Below, piece by piece: positions 26,901 through 39,460 of a DNA stretch of 64,000 nucleotides. The translations under genes were made by a program, and so were the position numbers. Every line of letters begins with the position of its first letter. The first letter of the stretch is position 1. The DNA is from Mobula hypostoma (lineage: Eukaryota), in assembly GCF_963921235.1 (NCBI RefSeq), contig NC_086109.1, forward strand, positions 11,224,001-11,288,000, given 5' to 3'. The notes under the pieces are model-generated. The model saw only the letters and a program-made list of their open reading frames with translations, did no database searches and was not told where the DNA came from.

Positions 26901-29563
26901 AACTGAAAGAAGAGCTAGTAAGAGATTTGAAAGTGGGAGGGGAGGGGGAGATCCGAAATGATAGGAGAAGACAGGAGGGGGAGGGATGGAGCCAAGAGCT
27001 GGACAGTTGATTGGCAAAAGGGATACGAGATTTTCTCGTGTTCACCATTGGGGGCTGGGAACAAGTGCAGAGAGACAGATGGGTGTAAAATGAGGGTAGA
27101 AGCAAAAAGTTGTAAGGTGAAAAGTAAAAGTGGAGGGCCGGCAAACCCAGTGCAAAAATCAAAAAGGGCCTCTTTTCAACATAATTGTATAAGGGCTAAG
27201 GGTGTTGTAAAAGCAAGCCTGAAGGCTTTGTGTGTCAATGCAAGGAGCATTCATAACAAGGTGGATGAATTGAAAGTGCAGATTGTTATTAATGATTATG
27301 ATATAGTTGGGATCACAGAGACATGGCTCCAGGGTGACCAAGGATGGGAACTCAACATTCAGGGATATTCAATATTCAGGAGGGATAGACATGAAAGAAA
27401 AGGAGGTGGGGTAGCGTTGCTGGTTAGAGAGGAGATTAACACAATAGAAAGGAAGGACATTAGCTGGGAGGATGTGGAATCGATATGGGTAGAGCTACAT
27501 AACACAAAGGGGCAGAAAACGCTGGTGGGAGTTGTGTACAGGCCACCTACCAGTAGTAGTGAGGTCGGAGATGGCATTAAACAGAAAATTAGAAATGTGT
27601 GCAATAAAGGAACAGCAGTTATAATGGGTGACTTCAATCTACATATAGATTGGGTGAACCAAATTGGTAAGGGTGCTGAGGAAGAGAATTTCTTGGAATG
27701 TATGCGGGATAGTTTTCTGACCCAACATGTCGAGAAACCAACTAGAGAGCAGGCCATTCTAGATTGGGTATTGAGCAATGAGGAAGGTTTAATTAGCAAT
27801 CTTGTCATGAGAGGCCCCTTGGGTAAGAGTGACCATAATATGGTGGAATTCTTCATTAAGATTGAGAGTGACACAGTTAATTCAGAAACAAAGGTTCTGA
27901 ACTTAAAGAAGGGTAACTTTGAAGGTATGAGACGTGAATTAGCTAAGATAGACTGGCAAATGATACTTAAAGGGTTGACGGTGGATATGCAATGGCAAGC
28001 ATTTAAATTTCGTATAGTTGAACTACAACAATTGTTCATCCCAGTTTGGCAAAAGAATAAACCAGGGAAGGTAGAGCACCCGTGACTGACAAGAGAAATT
28101 AGGGATAGTATCAATTCCAAGGAAGAAACATACAAATTAGCCAGAAAAAGCGGCTCACCTGAGGAGTGGAAGAAATTCAGAGTCCAGAAGAGGAGGACAA
28201 AGGGCTTAATTAGGAAAGGGGAAAAAAAAAGATTATGAGAGAAAACTGGCAGGGAACATAAAAACTTTTATAGATATGTGAAAAGAAAAAGATTGGTTAA
28301 GACAAATGTAGGTCCCTTACAGTCAGAAACAGGTGAATTGATTATGGGGAACAAGGACATGGCAGACCAATTGAATAACTACTTTGGTTCTGACTTCACT
28401 AAGGAGGACATAAATAATCTTCCGGAAATAGTAGGGGACCGAGGGTCTAGTGAGATAGTGGAACTGAGGGAAATACATGTTAGTAGGGAAGTGGTGTTAG
28501 GTAAATTGAAGGGATTGAAGGCAGATAAATCCCCAGGGCCAGATGGTCTGCATCCCAGAGTGCTTAAGGAAGTAGCCCAAGAAATAGTGGATGCATTAGT
28601 GATAATTTTTCAAAACTCTTTAGATTCTGGACTAGTTCCTGAGGATTGGAGGGTGGCTAATGTAACCCCGCTTTTTAAAAAAGGAGGGAGAGAGAAACCG
28701 GGGAATTATAGACTGGTTAGCCTGACATCGGTGGTGGGGAAAATGCTAGAGTGTTATCAAAGATGTGATAACAGCACATTCGGAAAGCGGTGAAATCATC
28801 GGACAAAGTCAGCATGGATTTGTGAAAGGAAAATCATGTCTGACGAATCTCATAGAATTTTTTTGACGATGTAACTAGTAGAGTGGATAGGGGAGAACCA
28901 GTGGATGTGATATATTTGGAGTTTTAAAAGGCGTTTGACAAGGTCCCACACAGGAGATTAGTGTGCAAACTTCAAGCACACGGTATTGGGGGTATGGTAT
29001 TGATGTGGATAGAGAATTGGTTGGCAGACAGGAAGCAAAGAGTGGGAATAAACGGGACCTTTTCAGAATAGCAGGCAGTGACTAGTGGGGTACCGCAAGG
29101 TTCAGTGCTGGGACCCCAGTTGTTTACAATATATATTAATTACTTAGATGAGGGAATTAAATGCAGCATCTCCAAGTTTGTGGATGACACGAAGCTGGGC
29201 GGCAGTGTTAGCTGTGAGGAGGATGCTAAGAGGATGCAGGGTGACTTGGATAGGTTAGGTGAGTGGGCAAATTCATGGCAGATGCAATTTAATGTGGATA
29301 AATGTGAAGTTATCCACTTTGGTGGCAAAAACAGGAAAACAGATTATTATCTGAATGGTGGCCGATTAGGAAAAGGGAAAGTGCAACGAGACTTGGGTGG
29401 CATTGTACACCAGTCATTGAAAGTGGGCATGCAGGTACAGCAGGCGGTGAAAAAGGCGAATGGTATGCTGGCATTCATAGCAAGAGGATTTGAGTACAGG
29501 AGCAGGGAGGTACTACTGCAGTTGTACAAGGCCTTGGTGAGACCACACCTGGGGTATTGAGTG

Positions 29564-31613
29564 GCCACACCATCACCGACTTTATCCGCTCAGGGGATCT
29601 CCCATCCACTGCTACCAACCTTATAGTTCCCACACCCCGCACTTCCCGTTTCTACCTCCTACCCAAGATCCACAAACCTGCCTGTCCTGGCCGACCTGTT
29701 GTCTCAGCTTGCTCCTGCCCCACCGAACTCATTTCTGCATACCTCGACACTGTTTTATCACCCCTTGTTCAATCCCTTCCGACCTATGTTCGTGACACTT
29801 CTCATGCTCTTAAACTTTTCGATGATTTTAAGTTCCCTGGCCCCCACCGCTTTATTTTCACCATGGGTGTCCAGTCCTTATATACTTCCATCCCCCATCA
29901 GGAAGGTCTCAAAGCTCTACGCTTCTTTTTGGATTCCAGACCTAATCAGTTCCCCTCTACCACCACTCTGCTCCGTCTAGCGGAATTAGTCCTTACTCTT
30001 AATAATTTCTCCTTTGGCTCCTCCCACTTCCTCCAAACTAAAGGTGTAGCTATGGGCACCCGTATGGGTCCTAGCTATGCCTGCCTTTTTGTTGGGTTTG
30101 TGGAACAATCTATGTTCCGTGCCTATTCTGGTATCTGTCCCCCACTTTTCCTTCGCGACATCGATGACTGCATTGGCGCTGCTTCCTGCACGCATGCAGA
30201 ACTCGTTGACTTTATTAACTTTGCCTCCAACTTTCACCCTGCCCTCAAGTTTACCTGGTCCATTTCCGACACCTCCCTCCCCTTTCTAGATCTTTCTGTC
30301 TCTGTCTCTGGAGACAGCTTATCCACTGATGTCTACTATAAGCCTACTGACTCTCACAGCTATCTGGACTATTCCTCTTCTCACTCTGTCTCTTGCAAAA
30401 ACGCCATCCCCTTCTCGCAATTCCTCCGTCTCCGCCGCATCTGCTCTCAGGATGAGGCTTTTCATTCTAGGACGAGGGAGATGTCTTCCTTTTTTAAAGA
30501 CAGGGGCTTTCCTTCCTCCACTATCAACTCTGCTCTTAAACGCATCTCCCCCATTTCAAGTACATCTGCTCTCACTCCATCCTCCCGCCACCCAACTAGG
30601 AATAGGGTTCCCCTGGTCCTCACCTACCACCCCACCAGCCTCCGGGTCCAACATATTATTCTCCGTAACTTCCGCCACCTCCAACGGGATCCCACCACTA
30701 AGCACATCTTTCCCTCCCCTCCTCTCTGCATTCCGCAGGGATCGCTCCCTACACAACTCCCTTGTCCATTCGTCCCCCCCATCCCTCCCCACTGATCTCC
30801 CTCCTGGCACTTATCCGTGTAAGCGGAACAAGTGCTAAACATGCCCTTACACTTCCTCCCTTACCACCATTCAGGGCCCCAAACAGTCCTTCCAGGTGAG
30901 GCAACACTTCACCTGTGAGTCGACTGTGGTGATATACTGCGTCCGGTGCTCCCGATGTGGCCTTTTATATATTGGCGAGACCTGATGCAGACTGGGAGAC
31001 CGCTTTGCTGAACATCTATGCTCTGTCCGCCAGAGAAAGCAGGATCTCCCAGTGGCCACACATTTTAATTCCACATCCCATTCCCATTCTGACATGTCTA
31101 TCCACGGCCTCCTCTACTGTAAAGATGAAGCCACACTCAGGTTGGAGGAACAACACCTTATATTCCGTCTGGGTAGCCTCCAACCTGATGGCATGAACAT
31201 CGACTTCTCTAACTTCCGCTAAGGCCCCACCTCCCCCTCGTACCCCATCTGTTACTCATTTTTATGCACACATTCTTTCTCTCACTCTCCTTTTTCTCCC
31301 TCTGTCCCTCTGAATATACTTCTTGCCCATCCTCTGGGTCCCCCCCCCTTGTCTTTCTTCCCAGACCTCCTGTCCCATGACCCTCTCGTATCCCCTTTTG
31401 CCTATCACCTGTCCAGCTCTTGGCTCTATCCCTCCTGCTCCTGTCTTCTCCTATCATTTTGGATCTCCCCCTCCCCCTCCAACTTTCAAATCCCTTACTC
31501 ACTCTTCCTTCAGTTAGTCCTGACGAAGGGTCTTGGCCTGAAACGTCGACTGCACCTCTTCCTACAGATGCTGCTTGGCCTGCTGCGTTCACCAGCAACT
31601 TTGATGTGTGTTG
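29564..31613 (+). mobile_element. Penelope-like retroelement (Neptune-type; RT + Cys linker + GIY-YIG + pLTR), 5'-truncated
   Basis: 412-aa RT ORF (FYLLPKIHK, GVAMG, DIDD), CKRNKC linker, VIYCVRCSRCGLLYIGET; perfect 15-bp flanking duplication CTGGGGTATTGAGTG (29549-29563, 31614-31628). Confidence 0.95.
31516..31551 (+). ncRNA. Minimal type I hammerhead ribozyme, intact core
   Basis: AGTC-CTGACGA-A-GGGTCTTGGCCT-GAAAC-GTC-GACT: stem I AGTC/GACT, stem II, palindromic ACGT in place of stem III, predicted cleavage after C31547. Confidence 0.8.
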
Positions 31614-32520
31614 CTGGGGTATTGAGTGCAGTTTTAGTCCCCTAATCTGAGGAAAGACATTCTTGCCATAGAGGGAGTACAAAGAAGGTTCACCAGATTG
31701 ATTCCTGGGATGGCAGGACTTTCATATGATGAAAGTCTGGATCGACTAGGCTTATACTCGCTGGAATTTAGAAGATTGAGGGGGGATCTGATTGAAACGT
31801 ATAAAATCCTAAAGGGATTGGACAGGCTAGATGCAGGAAGATTGTTCCCGGTGTTGGGGAAGTCCAGAACAAGGGGTCACAGTTTAAGGATAAAGGGGAA
31901 GCCTTTTAGGACCGAGATGAGGAAAAACTTCTTCACAGAGAGTGTGGTGAATCTGTGGAATTCTCTGCCACAGGAAACAGTTGAGGCCAGTTCGTTGGCT
32001 ATATTTAAGAGGGAGTTAGATATGGCCCTTGTGGCGAAAGGAATCAGGGGGTATGGAGGGAAGGCAGGTACAGGGTTTGGAGTTGGATGATCAGCCATGA
32101 TCATACTGAATGGTGGTGTATGCTCAAAGGGCCGAATGGCCTACTCCTGCACCTATTTTCTATGTTTCTCATCCCCTTTTCTCTCTCTCACCTTATCTCC
32201 TTGCTTGTCCATTCCCTCTCTCTGGTGCTACTTCTCCCTTTTTCTTTCTTCAATGGCTTTATGTCTCTCACCAATCCACCTCCCAGCCCTTGGCTTCACC
32301 CTTCCCCCTCCCAGTTTCACCTATCATCTTGTGTTCCTCTCTCTCCTTCCCGCACATTCTAAACCTACTCCTCAGCTTTTTCTCTCTGGACCTGCTGAAG
32401 GGTCTCGGCCCAGAACGTCGACAGTTTGCTGTCTTTTCTATAGGAGCTGTCAAGCCTGCTGAGTTCCTCGTGGGTGGGGGGAAGAGAGAGTGGAGAGAGA
32501 GAGAATGAGAATGAGAGGGA

Positions 32521-32524
<4 letters not shown>

Positions 32525-32594
<70 letters not shown>
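32525..32594 (+). repeat. (GT)n microsatellite preceded by a GA-rich tract
   Basis: About 35 uninterrupted GT units. Confidence 0.95.
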
Positions 32595-32595
<1 letters not shown>

Positions 32596-33140
32596 TTGTC
32601 GTCGTCATCCCCCGTGCTGGCCTGTTCCTTTTAAACTCGACCGTTCCTCGCAGAGGGTTTTAAGTAGCCTCGCTCCGCTTGAACGGATCGTCTCACAATA
32701 TCTCGTCGCCAGTGTTCGGTGTTACAACTGTAAAACATTAGACTAATTGAAAGAATCAGGGAACGTGGGTCGGACTTACTTAGTCTCGGCGAGGCTATCA
32801 CGTGATATCATGATGACGCCTGCAACTCATGTATTTATACAAAACCCCTAATGAATTATTTAAACAAACAAGAACGTTTAATTAACCAATATACATACAA
32901 GATTGCTCAAATGTTATCGAAATATCACATACACAGCATAATGGATAAAAATGTCACCGGGAACGCCCCGAACCCGAGGCAAACTATAAAACTGGCTCGG
33001 AGAGGCGAGTCGGACTCGGAGACTTTATTTGGCTTCGAGAGGAGGTGGCTGTCGGTTTCGATCTTGCTCTCCGGTTCCGAGAGTGTGCATTTGCGATCAT
33101 GGTGATGACACTGGGCTATTGGGACATCCGCGGGGTAAGG
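32595..33140 (+). promoter_or_regulatory. GSTM promoter region: CpG-rich, TATAAA at 32985-32990, E-box TCACGTGA at 32798-32805
   Basis: Local CpG enrichment relative to the rest of the window; TATA box 114 bp upstream of the ATG. Confidence 0.65.
33099..33134 (+). CDS. GSTM: Glutathione S-transferase Mu, exon 1
   Basis: MVMTLGYWDIRG then GTAAGG donor; 36 nt; includes the catalytic Tyr. Confidence 0.93.
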
Positions 33141-33744
33141 AACAGAAAAAATACGGCAGCTTCTATTGTCCCATGCACACTGAGAACGCCGGAGGAACTC
33201 GGCAAGTCAGGCAGCAGCCGCTATGGAGTCGACATTTCGGGCCGAGACCCTTTATCGGGACTGGAAAAGAAATGGGGCCAGCAATCGAAATAAGAAGTAG
33301 GGGGTTGAGGAGGGAGAGTACAAGCAGGCGGGCGAGGGGTGGGAGAAGGTGGACGAATTCGGTGGAGAAAGTGCGGGAAGTTAGAAAAATGCATGTTCAT
33401 AGTTCGGGGTGATATAGAATACAAAGTTCATCCAGCATTTTGTGTATTCTGCTCAAGGCTTCCAGCATCTGCAGGATCTCTCGGGTGTGCATTGTCCTGG
33501 ACCACTGCCTGCCGATTTCTTAGGGCTCTTTGTCTTTTCTCGCTCTCACTTCTCGCTTTAGCGCGCCAATCATTTTGTTTTCGTGCAGAACTTTCCCCTA
33601 AATCAGCATTTTCCTTCCTTGCTTTTGTTTGGCTAAAACTTGCAATAATGTGTTTTTATTAAAAAAAATAAAAGGCGATTGTGGTTTTTCTGCCTTTATC
33701 GTTTGAATTTCGGGAGGAATCCTACAAGCTTGCACCCTGAAACA

Positions 33745-35260
33745 AGAGAAAATCTGCACATCCTAGAGATCGAGGCCACACACACAAAATGCTGGAGGAA
33801 CTCGGCAGGCCAGGCAGCATCTATGGAAATGAGTCGACGTTTTGGGAGGAGACCCTTCATCAGGACTGGAGAATAGGAAGATGGGAGAAGAGAAGGGAGG
33901 TGATAGGTGAAACGGGGGTGGGGAGGGGAAGGGGTGAAGACCTTGGAAGTTGGTAAAAAAAGATACAGAGCTGGAGAAGGGGAGAAGACAGAAGGTCATG
34001 GAAGGAAAAGAAGGGGAGAAACACCAGAGGAAGGTGACAGGCAGGTAGGGAGATGAGGTGAGAGTGGGGAATGGTGAAGGAGAGGTGGGGAGGGGCATTA
34101 CAGGAAGTTTGAGAAATCCGTGTTCATGCCATCAGGTTGGAGGCTACCCAGTCAGAATATAAGATGTTGCCCCTCCAACCCTGAATGTGGCCTCTTTGCG
34201 ACAGTAGAGGAGGCTGTGGTCTGACATGTCAGAATGGGACCCACACGATATGTAGCCTTTTTGCCAGCTATGTGGAACAGTATATGTTCCAAGGCCAAGT
34301 TGTTGTCACTCCCCAACTTTTCGGTGATTCCACTGGTTCTGCTTCCTGCATCTGTGCCAAGCTCCTGGACTTATCAAGTTTGCCTCCAACTTCCACCCTA
34401 CCTGAAATTTACCTGGTCCATTTCTGACACTTTCCTCCCCTTTCTCAATCTCTCTGTCTCTGGAGACAGCTTATCTACTCATGTCTATTATAAACCCACT
34501 GACTCTCACGGCACCAGGACTATACCTCTTCCCACCCTGTTACTTGTAAAAATGCCATCCCCTTCTCTCAATTCCTCCATCTCCGCTACATCTGCTCTCA
34601 GGATGAGGCTTTTCATCCCTGAAAAGACATTCTCCTCCTGCAAAGAAAAGAACTTGCCTTCCTCCACCGTCAATGTCGCCCTCAACAGCATCTCTTCCCG
34701 TTTTCGCAGTCTACTCCCACCCCATCCTCCTGCCATCCACCAGGGATAGGGTTCCTGTTGCCCTCACGTACCACCCCACCAGCCTCTGCGTCCAGCACAT
34801 AATTCTCCACAGCTACTGCCATCTCCAACGTGATCCCAGCACCAAGCATGTCTCTCCTCCTCCTCTCCCCCCCTACTTTCTGCTATCCATAGGGTTCACT
34901 CCCTACACGGTTCCCCCATCAGTTTGTCCCTCCCCACTGATCTCCCTCCTGGCACTTACCCTTGCAAGCTGAACTAGTGCTACACCTTCTCCTTTACTAG
35001 CATTCAGTCCTTCCTGGTGAAGTGATACTTCATCTGTGAGTATGTTGGGGATCACCTACTGTATCCGGTGCTCCTGGTGTGGCCTCCTGTATATCGATGA
35101 GACCTGACATAGATTGGGAGACCGCTGCACCGAGCACCTACACTCAGCCAGAAAAAAGCGGGATCCCCTCTCTAGATGCTGCTTGACCTGCTGAGTTCCG
35201 CCAGCATTTTGTGTGTGTGCATTTTGCAGGTGCTGGAAATCCAGAGCAGAATCTCTTGTG
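33745..35260. mobile_element. Decayed Penelope-like element with inverted pLTR at its 5' end
   Basis: Minus-strand pLTR 33745-34235 (hammerhead motif 33832-33867) joined to plus-strand RT/GIY-YIG remnants (LKFTWSISDTFLPFLNLSV). Confidence 0.8.
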
Positions 35261-38200
35261 TTACACACACCCCTATTTACCCCCACCCTAATGATTTGCC
35301 TTGAGGTGGTGTTAACTTTTCTCTCTGATCTCCTACAACCTATAAAAGTTGGGTTGCACCTGTGAAGAATTTTGTGTGGTTCTTAGAATCGGGTTTATTA
35401 TCACTGAAATATGTCATGAAGTTTGTTGCTTTGTGGTAGCAGTACAGTGCAGTATGAACATTTACTACAAGTTACAATATGAAATATTAACATTAAAAAA
35501 ATTAAACAATGAATAAGTAGTGTAAAGAGAGTAAAGCAGTGATGTAGTGTCCATGAGTTGATGGACTCCACAGAAATCTGTTGGCGGAGAGGAAGAAGTT
35601 ATTCCTAAACTGTTGAGTGTACCTTCAGGCTCGTGTACCTCCTCCCTGAGGGTAACAATGAGAAGAGGGCATGGTCTAAATGTTGGGGGTCTTTAATGAT
35701 GAGCGCTGCTGCCTTGTGGCATTGACCTTATTACAGGAGGGTGTGGAGGCTTGGTAAGCAGTGCAGAAGAGATGATCAGGATGCTGCCTGGATTGGAGGA
35801 GGCTGGACAAACCTGTTTTTTTTTTCTGTCTGGTGTGTCTGAGGCAGATGGGTGAAGTTTACAAGATTGAGAGACACAGATGAGGTAGATGGAATCTTTT
35901 TGCCAGGGTAGAAATGTCAAACATGCTAGGACATGTAGTTAAGGTAGAAGGGGAAGTGTTGATGGGATGTGTGGAGTGAGGCTTTACAGAGAATGGTAGG
36001 TGTTGGAAGGGGCTGCTGAATTGTGGTGAAGGCAGATACGATAGTAGTGTTTGAGGCTTTTTGATGGCTACATGAATATGCAGCCAATGGAGTTGGTATG
36101 TTTCATGTGCAGGTAGAGGAACTTGGTTTCCTTCAGCCTTGATTTTCAGTGTAGACCTTGTGGATGGAGACCTGTTCAATGTAGACCTTCTGTTGTTCCA
36201 ATGTTGTCCACCTTATGGTTGATGACAGAAGCCCATAGAAGAAAGGATTTGGAACCTGAAACATTGACAGTTGCTTTCCCTCCACCGATGCTGGTGAATT
36301 CATTGAGTTCCTGCAGCAGAATGTTTGTTTTTAGGCATTCCAGCACTTCCACTTTCTGCGCCCTGCTATTGAAATTCATCAAGTTTTGGTATCTGCCTGT
36401 TTGTTCTAACAGTAGCTTTCTGTCCTAACTTGTTCTGTTTTTTTCCATCTCCAACTGCAACGTTTTTTGGCGCGTGCACACGGAAACGTGCAGTGAAATG
36501 TGTCATTTGTGTCAATGGCCAACACAATCTGAGGAACATACACAAAATGCTGGAGGAACTCAGCAGGCCAGGCAGCAACTGTGGGGTGGTGGGTGGGGAA
36601 CCAACTCATCGACAGGACTAGAGTGTTGGGGGCACCCCACAAATGCCACCATACTTCTGGTGCCAACGTAGCATGTCCACAACTCACTAACCCTAGCCCT
36701 TTGCTCTTCAGAATGTAGGAGGAGACTAGAATCCTGCAGTTACAGGGAGAACATGCTATAAAGTGTCGTGTCAGCCGTTACAATACTGTGCTGCCTCGCC
36801 ACAAAGTTCTAAAACTTCAGGAGAGCACACTAGTGCAGTTCTGATCGCTTGACTTGTTCACCACAGACAGCGGTGGGAACGGAACCCGGGTCGCTGGTGC
36901 TCTAAAACGTTGTGCTACCGTGCAACCCAATAATTGTTACCTTGAGTAACTTCGGGATGCACCCCATTACAGATATCCCCTTTGGTCCTTCTGTAACTTG
37001 TGCTTGTCTTCTGATGATAGGTCGTCGCCCTGAAGTACTAGCTTTGTTTCTCCCTCCGAGGGAGCTGCTTAGCCTGCTGAGCATTTCCGGCAGGTGTCTG
37101 TAACAGAATATGTGCACTGGGGGAGGGGGGTAGGAGTGGGGGTAGTATTGTTCTTACTATCAGCCCTGTGGGCTGAGGGAAGTGGGAGCCATGGTTCTGC
37201 TTTTTTAGGACTGATTTTTGTGCATGAACTGTTCTGAGCACTTCCTCATCTGCTTAACCTGCACTGGTCTTCTGTCTTTTCCCCCCATGGCTGCTGTGGC
37301 AGTTGGGACCTTCTGATTTTTTTTCTCCTTTTCCATTGTGTTAATTAATACCACGCTAAGGTCTGTGAACAGAAGGGATTGAGACTTGCATTTATGTTGC
37401 ATCTTGATTCTAAAAACACACTTCAGCCAATGTAGTGAAGCTGTTGCTGCAGAGCATGTTGTGTGTGTCTCTTGTAGTTCCATAGTGTGGCTCTTTGCTT
37501 TCAATTCATCCACTGTCTTCTGTTTTTGATTCTTTTTCTTCTGATTTTGTTTCACTGAACTGATTCCACAACCTGTGGACTCATTTTCAAGGATGCTACA
37601 ATTCATGTTCTCTGTATTTTCTTTTTGATTGACTGCCTGTTATACCACCCGCATTTAGGGTCCTCCATCACTACTTCCCCTTGGTCATCTTCTCCATTGT
37701 GCCCCAGCTGTGGTTCAGGGTCCTTATTTCTGCCTCCACGGTAGGGCGCCAAGTTGTCTTTGGACTCCTGTGTTTCCTCCGCTCTTCAGGGGTCTGTACG
37801 TCCCGGCTGGAGACTTGGGAATACCGTCACACACAGATATAGAAGGATTCTTCATTGCTGTTTCTGTAGTACTTGCGTTTGACCAGTCAGGGTTGTCAGC
37901 GCTGAGCTGAACCTGGAGGACTGGTGGACTACTCTTGGTCTGGCCTCTACCCTTTGACATGTTTGGTGTGGTGACCCCACCAAGAGCCCTGACTCCAGCT
38001 ATCACAGCTCTCTGCACCATTGAGGTGCAGTTGTAGTCCTCTTGGCAGATCATTTATTTGCTTTTTTTTTTGTATTTGCACAGTTTGTCTTTTATACATT
38101 GGATTGTCACTCTTGGTATGTAGTTTGTCGCTGATTCTATTGTACTAATTTGTTCTACTGTGGATGTTTGCATGAAAGTGAATCTCAGGGTAGTAAGTGG

Positions 38201-38424
38201 TGAGATACGTACTTCGACAATACATTTACTTTAAACTTTGAACTTTGATTCTTTCTCTCTTCCATGGTTTGGTGCTATACATACAAAAAAAACTTTTTTT
38301 TATTTGGAAATTTATTATCTGCTTTTTTTTATTGCTGATGGTTTATTTTGTGAAGGCTGCTAGCTTTTTCCTGTAGAACTGGAATTTCCATCTGTTGGAA
38401 TTTCTGTATGTTAGCGGTACCATC

Positions 38425-39460
38425 AAATTGAATTGAATTGACTTTATTTCTTACATCCTTCATGTACATAAGTAAAAATATTTATATTATGTCTCCATCT
38501 AAATGTGCAATCATAGCAATTTATAATAAATAGAACAGTGAAGGTAATATAATGTACATTCAAGACAGCATGAGTTCATCAGTCTGATGGCCTGGTGGAA
38601 GAAGCTGTCCTGGAGCCTGTTGGCCCTGGCTTTTATGCTACGGTACTGCTTCATGCATGGTAGCAGCTGGAATAGACTGGTTAGGATGGCTTGGGTCTCC
38701 AATGATCCTACGGGCCCTTTTTACACACCTGGCCTTGTAAATGCCCTGAAGTTTACAACTACAGATGCGCTGGGCTGTCCGCACCACTCTCTGCAGAGTC
38801 CTGCGATTAAGGGAGGTACAGTTCCCATATCAAGCAGTGCTGCAGCCAGTCAGGATGCTCTTAATTGTGCCCCTGTTCTGTTCTGTTCAACAACGGATGA
38901 TGCAATCTGCGTCATATTATGATCGAGGAACATGTTTGTAGACAGGATATTGAACTTTTTACTGTTGGACTTCGGCCATATTCCACCGAGATACAACACT
39001 GGGCGGCATGGGAGGTCGTTCCTGCCTGTGGCCATCGAACGTGCAGCTCCTCCCGTGGAGGGTCAGGCACCCTGAGCCAATAGACTGGTCCTGGACTTTT
39101 TTCCATCTGGCCTAGTTTGCATTTTGTTGTTTGATTGTTTGTGGTTTTCGTATTGCTATATTTATGCTCTATTCTTGGTTGGTGCGGCTGTAACGAAACC
39201 CAATTTCTCTCGGGATCAATAAAGTGTTTCTATCTATCTAGAAAGTTCTTGGGATTTAGGGGCCCATACCGAACTTCCTCAACTGTCTGAGGTGAAAGAG
39301 GTCCTATTGTGCCTTTTTCACCACACTGCTGGTGTGTACAGACCCCGTGAGGTCCTTGGTGATGTGGATTGCCGAGGAACTTGAAGCTGTTTACCCCCTC
39401 AACCCCAGATCCATTGATATCATTAGGGGTTAGCCTGTCTCCATTCCTCCTGTAATCTGT
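38425..39460 (-). mobile_element. Rex1/Babar-type LINE fragment with nested insertion
   Basis: QYRSIKARANRLQDSFFHQAIRL; same family as 61110-62520 and 63100-63930. Confidence 0.7.

Larger units (their letters stand above)
27030..32164 (+). mobile_element. CR1 LINE ORF2 (APE endonuclease + RT), young but disrupted
   Basis: ORFs 26958-28085 (NARSI, GITETW, GDFN, SDH), 28278-28793 (KSPGPDGLHP), 29078-29560 (GVPQGSVLGP, KFVDDTK) and 31698-32090; typical CR1 3' tail ending CTATGTTTCT. Confidence 0.95.
26226..32468 (+). mobile_element. 5'-truncated Penelope-like element split by a CR1 insertion (pieces 26226-26806 and 32171-32468)
   Basis: GIY-YIG CSRCGLLYIGETQRRLGD in the first piece; the pLTR resumes after the CR1 tail; TTTCTC is repeated at both junctions. 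Confidence 0.75.
22150..32935 (-). mobile_element. Decayed Gypsy LTR retrotransposon hosting multiple nested insertions
   Basis: Two diverged LTRs (about 22150-22391 and 32713-32935). Primer-binding site TGGCGACGAG (32702-32711, complementary to the tRNA-Ser GCU 3' end). Polypurine tract AAGGAGGAGAAA (22392-22403). gag 25820-26152 (GESISAYVAELKRLS), knuckle and protease remnants 25080-25660, integrase tail RRYPRRVRKPP. Confidence 0.8.

Noticed and set aside
26958..30795. Long ORFs as novel host genes or a fused RT system
   Set aside because: Fully explained by CR1 ORF2 and a nested Penelope RT, with stops, frameshifts and an altered RT motif (DIDD).
32525..32746. Cys-Val repeat ORF
   Set aside because: It is a translation of the (GT)n microsatellite.
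32810..32830. Antioxidant response element in the GSTM promoter
   Set aside because: TGACGCCTG and GCAACTCA do not fit the TGACnnnGC spacing.
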